In this document: positions 26,801-37,720 of the stretch, piece by piece
Position numbering within the stretch: the first letter of the stretch is position 1
Layout of the letters: each line of letters opens with the position of its first letter
DNA from: Adineta vaga
Lineage: Eukaryota > Animalia > Rotifera
Length of the DNA stretch: 64,000 bases
Direction: 5' to 3'
Assembly: GCA_021613535.1 (NCBI GenBank)
Contig: CP075495.1
Coordinates: forward strand, 6,448,001-6,512,000
Made by a program: the position numbers and the translations under genes
The notes under the pieces: generated by a model
The model's database searches: none
The model's input: only the letters and a program-made list of their open reading frames with translations
Told to the model about the DNA's origin: nothing

Positions 26801-29800
26801 TATGTATTATATCGACAAAGAGAGAGTATGTGTGAGAAAAAAAAGAACTATGCATATATAGACAAAAAGTATAATCTTCGTCTTCTTTACACAAGTAATA
26901 AAAGACAACTGTGTGATGGATATGTATCGAGCTATGTGGGTGTATAGAGTCATCATCTATCTCCTCAACATTTCAACTATGCCATCATGATCAATCATAT
27001 ACTGTTTGTATGTTATTGCAACATACCATTAGTAGACAACGACAAGAAAGACAACATAGCTTTGTCTTTGTCATGAACTGACTTTTTTTTCAAGTAATAC
27101 TAGTATCTAACGGTGTGCATTTTGTTGACAAGGACAAGATGGACGCATACATATATATATATATATATATCTTAGATGGATAGATAGAGACTATCGTTTA
27201 TCTCGTGTAAATGTATAGAGTATCGATTGTTGATGAATATCAAGAAAAACGTATGGAAAACTAACTAATGATAGTAGTCAGTCAGACAGATAGTTAATCC
27301 AATCCTATATTGGAATAAAACAAGTTATTCTTTCGTTTGTTAACTATTCCGTTTTCTCTCTGTTGTCTATCAATGAACTTACAGAAAACTAATCGTAGCA
27401 GAAGAAAAAATAACAACGACAATATTAACAAGTAGATGTCATTACTATTGAAGCAAAGACAAACGATGGCAATCGACCATGGCTATACAAGCACAAATGC
27501 GTAACATCTTCGGGAGATCTAATCATTTTCAATAGACGAATTGAGAACCTTTCTTTCTTTCATTTCCGATGTTTTGCATTTGAAATTATATTAAAAATTC
27601 AATAAATCTAGTCGGACACGCACGAACTCACATTTATATCGAGAGGGCAACATTGTCTCCCATCGGACGCGTGATCTTATTACAACAAAAGGCCTTGTAT
27701 AATGTAGTAAATCTATCACTGAATAGATAGATATATATATGTATGTTTGCGTTAATTTTGATAGTCCTCACACGTCTCATTCATTACCCATACACACACG
27801 CCCATAAACTCGCTCGCAATATTACGAGAGCAAAAAGTGTGCATGTATATATGTCTCGCCCTCTTACACTTAGTTTTCTTTCTCATTCCCTCTATCACTC
27901 TACTTCTCATTGTTTATCGGTGTAGTACGTGCCTGAAACATGAAAGTGATTGCATCAATACACGCCGCCCATTCATCCATCGTTGTCAATCGCCATCGTC
28001 AGTGACACCAGTCACAGATCATAATATTTGTTTGAATGCCTACATATATATAGTATACTTGCACACGAGAAAGAGATCAATAGTTATCGAGTCCGATTTC
28101 GTTAAAACTACGTTTATCATACAAAACTACTTCTATAAGAATAAGCAATAATACTGCTGTGCTGTTATTGTTATAAATATCCTGTATACTATACACACGC
28201 ACATACTCTCTCTTTTTTCTTTCTAAGTATTTGTTGTAATACAATCTGCACAGCTCCTGTTTGCTTGTCCTTCTCTCTCACTCTAAGCTTATTGATACGT
28301 ATTAAGGCGCGCGCAAGCAAACAAGCCTTCATATATCTGCACAAATAAAAACCGACGGACTAACTTCTAATACCATTGTAGTCCAACGGCATAAAACAAC
28401 AACGAAAATGACAAGAGACAATCTCCACTATCTATCCATTAGGCAATTCAATATATAGTATATTGTATGGAAGTATTGCTCGACCTTATTTTCGGCAATA
28501 TTACTTTCACTAGATACTCCCATTACCATCATCATTTATGAGGATATGATGTTGATGATAATAATGACAAAGAACAAGAAGCGAGAAGAAAAGAAAAACG
28601 TAGATAAAGAAAAAGAAAAAGAAAAACCTGTTATCATTTATATACAGAATATACAAATGCAACAAATGACATGGAAACTGTCATTAGCATAGACAACAGA
28701 ATATTCAAGAGAACTAATGTCTAATAGGAACACCTTTCTTTTGTTACGAAATGATGAAAAAAATGAAAAGAAAAAAATCTGAATTCGAGATGCTTTCGCA
28801 ATTAAATTTGCTAAAAAAACAACAAAAGCAAACTAGTTGAAATAAGAAACATGAAGGATTATCATTTCTGTTAAAATAGTAAGCTGATCTAAATAATAAC
28901 GAGGCACTAATATTAGATAATAATAATTGTCTAAAACATCATATGTGAACCAACAAGGACATATAGTTTACCTCTATTTCATCTGAATCGTTGTTGTTTC
29001 TATCTCTTTATCTGTACATAAAAGTTCTACATGTTTTCTTTATCTTTGTAAACGTCTTATCCCTACACGAATAAGAACAATAGATATATTTATTTTTTCG
29101 TTCTATTTCTAACCATCATCACTGTATGCGATACGCAAAAGAGCAATAGTGTCAGTAGGGGTGTGTATGTATGTGTTAAAGAGAAAGGATGCAAGCGACA
29201 TGAATAATGGTATAAAAACAATAGCGCCTAATTACCTATTATCATTGGCGCAACAACGACAACGATGACTGCTGCTGTTTTTGTTGTTGTCAACTGAGTA
29301 TATAAAAGCGATTGCAGACGGATAAAAGTGAAGATGGAATGCAATAGCACAATGTTACTTTGATCATAGTGGTTATTTTTTCATAGCTCTTCGTATTATA
29401 TAGAGAAGAAAAAAGGAGAGTACTGATAATGATTGTTGTCATTCGGGCAAGAGAGACACACACACACAGAAGGCGAGAAAAGAAGGAACTAGACAATCTG
29501 AGAGAGAGAGAAGATGATGATGATGATGAGAGAGCACGAAAGAGAGAGAGAGATGGAAAGAGTACATAATATCGTTTGACGATCGATGTGCATCTTTGTC
29601 TTACCTCAAATCTAGACAAGACTTTAAATAATGAGACTTGTGAGTTATCCCAAATGTCTGTATGTACTTAACAATCGATTCGACTGAAGAAGGTCGTTCG
29701 ATTCGATTATTACTATTGCTCTTGTCCATCTTGTGCGATACTTTAAATGACAGTCTTTGTTCCACAAATATATGTTCGCACTAGCAACTGATTACATCTT

Positions 29801-31700
29801 CTATTCTAATAAAAGAGTATTAGCATTACCGATACCAGCACAGCTGTTACGTTGGTTCTTGCTATCATCTCTTGTTCTTTCTTTCTTTATTTCATCTTCA
29901 AATTGACAGTTGTCACGTCGTCGAGACACAATAAAAAGCTCGATTCCACCAACAAAAAAAGGACCAAAGAATAAGAGGGAGAGAGAGAGAAATAGAAGTT
30001 CTGTCAAATCTTCAACCATGTATGTTCCATACAATAAGCGATCAAATTTAGGGTGTTTACTTAGTGTGGCAATCGATAAACACTCTCTTTTATACACAAT
30101 CATCCGTTGTCGGATAAGAGCTAAGCTCTTTACTGCAACTCTAGAGCAGAAAGGGGTAGAGAAAGAGAGAGAGAGAGCAAGTGTTACTCTCCTCATCCAT
30201 CCTATCGATTACAGATCTTTTGCGAGGCATATTTCAGCTTGTCTTATCCTTCATGCAATCGTGAATTCTCCTTTTCCTCTCTTCTTGTTATCTCATTGTA
30301 CAGTAAAAAAAAGAGAGAGCGGTGCTAATGACCTTGAGGCTAAATGCGCACACACTACTATCATTTTGCCATGCACGATGCTTTATACTAGTAGTTGAAT
30401 ATTCCTAGGGGCATTTGTTCTTGTGCAATTTAATCTTTCGAAAATCAGACATCATCGTTATGGCCATGTATGAGTTTGTATAAATATCTAACAGTTGATG
30501 ATTAAATCACAAATGAATATTTATTTCTTTAGAAACATTGTACAATATAAAAAAGAAGAATCGAAAGAATAGGAAGGTACCTGCCGTTGTGTCATTGGTC
30601 TCATTTATCTATGGACAAACATGTAGATCAATTGAGAAAGATTATATTTCATGCTGGTTAGCCTCCATTATTTTTCTCATAATTGTTGTCATGTCGCATA
30701 TTTCAATGAGAGATCAACAGGACAAATGATCTATATCCTTGTGAGAAAGAGGAAATAGTATAAATGTTATTTTTAAAGTAAGATAGATGAGTGAGATGAA
30801 GACTGGCGCACATATGTGCATCTGTGACGATCAGACGAGTAGGATAACTTGACAGCAGCATCAGATTTCCTTTGAACATTGGCGCTTATACACACATTTA
30901 TGGATATGTATATATATATATATATATAGAGATTATATTATCCTTTCCTTTTTCTTTTCTTAACAGTTGTATACTAATTTGTGTCACTCAAATTTGCGCG
31001 TGCACAATGACAATCCATTCAACCTTTGGCCACACATACATAACCATCATCCGATATGTCTGTACGCACTCATTTGCTGTCTGTCAATGAGTGACATAAT
31101 GGGTAAGGGAAAACCGGCAAAAAGAAGAAGAAGAAGAAGAGAGAGAAAACTCTGATAGGAAAAAAGTGTTGTTCTTATCGCGGGACACTTTATGCATGAT
31201 GGTCGACGAATGGAACAAAGGCGATCGCGTTTCTTTTCTCAATTAGATCTGTATATCTGTAAGCGACCTAATCTGTATACCCAAATGAATGGCAAGAGAA
31301 GAAAGATAAAACAATAACAACAACAACAACACTGAGCATACGCATATACTTTTGATCAAGGGAGAATCGATTCTATATCTCTTGTAGCCTGCAACAATTT
31401 AGCTTATGATGATTCCGATTGAATTACGATGATGACGACGAGATCCCCTATTCAATCGACGATATAACATTTTCTATTTTCTTTTTGATCGCGATTATTC
31501 TTTAGAAATGTCTCGAGATATATTTATTTTCTATCTTCATTATGTTATTCTTTGATAATACCTAGAGAATATTAGAAATCAATTTTATTATCAGAATAAT
31601 ATAGATATATATTTGTATATTTGCCAATAAACTAAAGAAAAATAAAGGAAAATAAAGGATGAATTATATAATTAGATTTGTTGATGAGATAAAAAAATAG
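20820..31700. promoter_or_regulatory. Gene-free region upstream of SoxD (likely regulatory DNA and 5'UTR exons), rich in simple repeats
   Basis: Only low-complexity spurious ORFs over ~11 kb. Many (TA)n, (GA)n, (CAT)n, (GAAT)n and (TTG)n tracts. Splice acceptor at ~20819 just upstream of the SoxD ATG. Confidence 0.55.
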
Positions 31701-31747
31701 TATTATTTACACAAAAAAATAAAGTAAAATAAAATCAAATACGAGAT

Positions 31748-34392
31748 TCAACTGGTCATTTTTTGTGGTGATATCATTGTTAATGAATTTCTTCGTTGAG
31801 AACGAAACGATTTTCCAGGTAAGAGTCCATTTGTTGCTCGTGATTGAGGATGTTTAGCTAATATTGACCGAGATTCATCTTCAAAAAGAGGAACAACAAC
31901 AACTGGACTCAGATTAGCTTGTTCGAATTTCATTTTCACATCTCGTGATATTTGACGAACAGAACGTGGACGTAAATCAACAGTTGATCGTTGATTTTTT
32001 TGACCATATGTGAATGTTGTTCGCGATGATCGAATACGATTCGCTGACGTATTATTAACATTTGTTAACATGGTATTACTATTGATTAAATCAGTTGTTG
32101 TTCGACAAGTGTTTATTGGATATGTTGTATAACCACGTTTACAACGTTGTTGATCACGATTATTTAATGATCCATTAGTGGCTGATAATTGTCTTGCTGA
32201 TAATGTTTGAGATGGAATCGATGAAACAACACGTTTATATAGATGATAATTTTGACCGGGTGCACAGTTTCCAAGACACGTGATACGTTTACATTCATTA
32301 CAACGTAAATCACGTTTGATTTCATTCAATTCTCGAAGATCTTTTTCATTACTATTATTTTTAGTAGAAAAATTTCCAGATATATTTGTTGAACTTGCGT
32401 CTATAGCAGTGGTTTTCATTAAACGATTATATGTAACTAAATTTTGACGACGACGTTGTTCCCATTTGATCGTATTTGTTTGTAATCTAAATTTAAACAG
32501 ATGTCTTCGAAAAAAAAAGACAGATATTGATAAAACTATTGTACCGTGCTAATTTAATACATTTTTCAAAAACTGCTTTGATATTTGGATCCAATTCTGG
32601 CTTGATTTTATTATCACGATAGAGATCTCGTAAATTTGATTCTGTATTACCATTATTTGATTGAAATTGTGATTGTGCAACAATAACTCGATCATATTCT
32701 TCAACGAATGGATTTGGATAATCATAAACATCTGCAGATGTGTCAGATGTTAAATCAAAAGAATATCCATCGATATCTTTTTCACGTTGAAGAATATCTT
32801 CATCATCTTCTTGTTCAATTGTATGTTGATCAATTTCTTGTAGATCTTCATTTGGTGTTTGAATACTAGGTATATCATCAAGTGTTTCGATATGTTCACT
32901 ATCGGTAGTATGTCGAAAGTTCTCAAGAATATTCATTTGTTCAGGACTGTCCGTCTAAAGAAAATCAATTGAATTCGAAAAAGAAATCAAAAGAATCGTT
33001 TATTACCTTTTTGTCATCTTGATCACTTTCAATTCTTTCAAATGATTCTTGTTTAGGAAGAATAGTTTCACTTGATGGACTACAATTCGATGTCTCAAGA
33101 AAACTATTACGACTACTATTCAATTGTTCAAGGGCATTATCATTCGTATTCAAACATAATTGATGAACAAAATGATTGTCATTTTTTAGAATAGATGGTT
33201 TAAGACTACCGGCAAGATGATGAAAATTTGAATTTGATAAATTATCAAAATTTCCCGAAGTTTCTATCGAACGTGAAGCACGATGTGCGACCAATGGTAG
33301 AGAAGATGGTGGTGGAGATGTTGATGGTGGTGCTAACGAAGAACGAATAACAACAGCCGGTTTCACTCGAGTTGTACTAATTCGACGAGAGCGTTTTTCA
33401 ATGGATACAGGTGCCGTTGTAGGTCTATTATTTTCTGGAAGATTTGTCGTACATACTTTATTACGATCAATTGTTGATATAGAGACTCGATTTCTATTTA
33501 AAATCAAAAATTTAAATGTATAAATTGAAATATCATCTAGAGAGCTTACCCTGTTATTCTTGGTTTCCCTGTGCTTGGTCGATAAGAATTATTAGACGAG
33601 CGTTGATGCCAACGAGACGAAAAGATTTCATTTGTTTCATATGTTAATGGTTGTTTCTCATCACGTGGTATTCCTCTAGCTAACTAGAATAAATAAATAA
33701 ATATGTATATAATTATATATCGATCAAATTTTTGCTATGATTTGATCTGTTTTTAAACTTGAATTTTTTCAAGTTGTAGAAATAAACATGCCTAAGGCTT
33801 ATTTGCTTGAGATTTTATGTTAAAAATCAAAAAAAGAAACCGTTTATGCAATCATCAAAAACATAGTTTTGTTTATTTTTAAGAACACATAAAGTTTTAC
33901 GTTCTAATCTTTACTTTTCTTTTTCTCTTTACTTTAAAAATATTCATTGCAAATCGTCATCGATACATAAGATGAAAAAAAACTTTGTAATAATGACAAA
34001 TATTCTCTAATCACTGATTTATTTGATATTAGCCAAGAATAATGGTTAATCAAACTTACAGCAGTCATATAGTCTTTATTCTCTCGAGTGATACGAGAAG
34101 TTTGAGGTCTCCAACTAGTTGATTTCTAGAAATAAACAAAGAACAGAAGATTAGTCAAGAAAATAAAAGTTTGTTTTCTCTTTCATATCGTGGATAAGTA
34201 TGAACAGACACACACCTTAGAATATATCCCAACATCTCCAGGATAATAGGACCAAAATGAATCTGGTTGATGTCGTACACGTTGTCCCTGAACTCCAAGT
34301 GCTTCTGTGGATGCAACATTGACAGCACAAACGAGACCTGGTTGTTGCATGCTTATATAAATATGTGATTGACGTGTTTGACCGTCGATCAT
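31748..34392 (-). CDS. Uncharacterised S/T/R-rich multi-exon protein with a small Cys motif (CNECKRITCLGNC)
   Basis: Chain of exons with GT-AG introns (34392-34215, 34125-34060, ~33683-33550, ~33497-33008, ~32955-32544, ~32486-31748; last four approximate). No family recognised. Confidence 0.75.
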
Positions 34393-34794
34393 CTTTTCTG
34401 TCTACTTAAATGGAATCTCTATATGACGACGAACATATTTCTATTACGAGTGAAGCTCGTTCTGTTAAATAAACAGAATAGATTCTCTTTTAGTCAAAAA
34501 AAAAGTCGAGATGAAAAACGTTTTGTTCTTCTGTTTTGATTGGACTTGCCTTTCGCTCTTCTCTCCCTGTCTCTCTCTTTCTGTGTCTACACGTGTAATG
34601 ATGCTTCTTTTAAACTACACATTTGACCGGCCTGTTCGAATGGATAAATATGTGTTAATAAAATAAGTCTTTCATCGTTGACAAACATTCAGTCAGATGA
34701 AATGTGGGGAAAAAAATCACTGAAGTAAAAGTGAAGAAAAGAATAACAATAATAGTAACCGTTCGTTACATAAACGAGATTTTTTTTCACTTAC

Positions 34795-35058
34795 GAAGTT
34801 TAAAAGAGACAAATCATTGTTATTATTATTGTTAATCGACACTAAAGATTGTACAGGAGTTAAAAAAACCAACGTCGATGTACGTTGTAACTCAACTATT
34901 GGTGTCGATAAATGAGCAGTTGATTGAGATAATTGTGCCAATCGATCCGTGTATTGATTACTGCAAAGAATCAAATCATGATCAGTTGATGAATGATGAC
35001 GTCGAGATTCTTTAAGATTATTTTGACGAATATGTTGAAAAGATTGAACGTACAACAT
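34795..35058 (-). CDS. Probable alternative first coding exon of the 31748-34392 gene
   Basis: MLYVQSF...LSLLNF ends at a phase-0 GTAAGT donor compatible with the phase-0 exon starting KSTSWRP at 34125. Confidence 0.45.
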
Positions 35059-36125
35059 TCTTATTGTTTTGAAACCTTCTTTTGACTTGAGTCTTTTCTT
35101 ATATTTTGAATTATACGACACTAATGTATATGATTATAGGAGAGAAAAGAAAAAACGAAGTTATCGGAACAAATTGATCATGCAATTCTGCACGATATAA
35201 ATATATACCGATGACGTCTTTAAATGGAAGAAAACACTCAAATTTCTCTCTCGTTTTTTATTCTCATATCGTGTTTGCCTTGAAATTCATATAACCAAAT
35301 CTCTCGTTAGTTGAGTCGTCAATATCGTATCGCTCATAGACAATACGATTGTAATAAAAACAATAGTAGTATGAAGAGAAGAAGGAAAGAGAAGTTTTTC
35401 AACGTACGTACATGATTATAAACTATTTGTAATAGGTAGTTTTTTTCAATACGATAAATTTTCAACAATCATTCAACTGTGTTTGTGACATTTAATGTCG
35501 TAAACATAAATTATCATCTTTTGAAGATAGCTTTCATCAACTTCAATATTTAATTAGTTTCCGAAGTAGTCAAGCTATTTACATCAGCAATCATTTCAAT
35601 CCTCAATTTCAAGAGTTAAATGTAGCATCAAAACAGACACATCGGTTTGAATACAGAGCTATATCGTGTCTTTTTCTATTCTTAATTAATATTTTTTTAA
35701 TAAACAAAGATAATTTGAATAAATTATGTATTTGCACCTAAATGAAACCATGCACTTGGTTTATTCGGTTGAACTTTCTGTAATCGGTCGATTACATACT
35801 AACTATTTTCATAGTACAAAACATAATTACCTTTCTCATGGCACCTGGCAAGAAAAAGAAAAAAAGCAATCAGTAAGCTTTATCAAAACAAAAAACCTCG
35901 TTAATAAGTCATTTTGCAATAACTATGAAGAAATGACATTGTCATGCACTAGTCCTTGTATTGTACAATTAATTATTAAATACTCTTATTTGTCAATGTA
36001 CATATATGGATATCGATAGAATATATGACTAAGAAAGATGAGCACAGCGAAAAAAAAGATTTTTTTCAATATTTATTTGAACATTTCGATTACAGAAAAT
36101 TTTTTTTTTTTCATTTGAAATATAC

Positions 36126-36770
36126 TCAATTCTTACTCAATGCTTGAGTAAATTTAAGTAATGATTCTCGTGAAAAATGTCTCTTCGGTAACGCACTTCC
36201 AAAGCCACTATCACATGTTTTTTTCTTCTCATTTTCTTTTTCTTCTTCATCGTCTTCGGAATAATCATCGAAGTCAGAATCAAGATAGTTTCCAAATGAA
36301 CTTGAAAGATCTTGAGTATTATTATCATCATCATCGTCATCATTAGGAACAGTATGTTTCATCGGAATATCATAATTCGTATAATAATCTTGACGTTGAC
36401 AAAATGATTTTAGTAAACGAGTTGATTTATCATCGTCACCATAGAGTGATGAATAGACTTCATTGAAAGGTTTTATCATTGAACGATTAAATGAACCATG
36501 AATTGAATCAATTGTTGAAAGAGCACGATCAATTTCTGCCTGATCACTTTCTAATGTTCGTTTTTGTTGCATGACATTCCTCCAAGTGATTTTCGATGAC
36601 ATAGGTGGTAGAGCTTTACTTACAGATTGTTCTTCTCGTTCTTGAAGATACGCTTCTGTTCGATAGGTAAAATCATTTGTTGAAGAAATATTCCGAGATA
36701 AATTACAATTTGTTGACGATTTTTTTTCATTAGATGAATTTCGATGATTAGAAGTTAAAATAAATGCCAT
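36126..36770 (-). CDS. Intronless orphan protein A (214 aa), paralog of 41548-42195
   Basis: Shares NDFTYRTE.YLQ.RE, TW.NV.QQKRTLE.DQAEIDR.LSTIDSIHGSFNRS, YSSLYGDDDKST and DSG.GS with its paralog. Protein-level conservation between the copies supports real coding. Confidence 0.85.
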   Translation of the reverse strand: MAFILTSNHRNSSNEKKSSTNCNLSRNISSTNDFTYRTEAYLQEREEQSVSKALPPMSSKITWRNVMQQKRTLESDQAEIDRALSTIDSIHGSFNRSMIKPFNEVYSSLYGDDDKSTRLLKSFCQRQDYYTNYDIPMKHTVPNDDDDDDNNTQDLSSSFGNYLDSDFDDYSEDDEEEKENEKKKTCDSGFGSALPKRHFSRESLLKFTQALSKN

Positions 36771-37720
36771 GAATATATTTATATATGCAGAAGAAGAAGA
36801 ATGAGTTTATCAATCAATCAATAGAAATGAGAAGAGCTCATAAGGAAAAAGAAAAGATATTGTCGTTTTTTCGTCAGGTTACATATACATCATCTATTTG
36901 TATCTGTCTTTACTTTTACCTTTAAATAACGATTGCGTATGATCGTTACACATGAGAACACTCGCAAACTATTCTCTTTCTAATGATCGAAGAAGACAAG
37001 AAATGACAAAAAAAAGAGTGTACAAGGACAATGATAAAAAATGAGAAGAAATATTTCAAATCAAAAACACTATCATTAAAAAGTTAATTATTACTAACAC
37101 TCGAAATTGATCAATTAAACTACAATTTAATAATGGAATACTACTACAGCTTTCTAGTAATTAACTAAGAAAGATATAGAATTTTTTTACATCTCAAAAA
37201 ATAAGATTCCCATTGATGTATCAAAGACAAAATAGATTCTTGGGAGAAAAAAAGGTCTTCTTTAGTGAATAGAAATTTGAAAAATAAGAAAATAATATTG
37301 TTAGAAGGATCATTTAACCTTTTATGAAGGTTTAATACACATGATAGACATTCTACTTATGAAAGATTGTTTTTACCTCTTATGAAGGACCATAACAACA
37401 ACTAATTTATAAGTCGAAGAAAAAAAAAGACCTAGTCTGATAGGATGTAGATTCGATTGATTTCAGATATGCAAACATATTTAATCAATTATGAGACAAG
37501 TTATTGATAGTTTGATCATTGAAAGGATGATTTAGGAAATACAAGAACGATGTATACAATGATAAAGATACATTTTGCTGATTATGAAAAACTACTTATT
37601 CAGGTTTTTATTTGAAAAAATAAAACAAAAATGTCATTATCACGTTGAATCTATCTATTAATAAATAAAAAACAGCAATTTAGTCTGAGTTTAAAAGAAA
37701 TTATGGATGTTCTGTTTAAA

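Noticed and set aside
21108-31155. Dozens of 60-160 aa ORFs upstream of SoxD
   Set aside because: Composition reflects microsatellites and A/T tracts (F/L/K/R runs); no domains or consistent exon chains.
35735-35850. Possible micro-gene (MRK|YVIDRLQKVQPNKPSAWFHL) on the minus strand
   Set aside because: It needs an unusually short 32-nt intron and has no convincing continuation.
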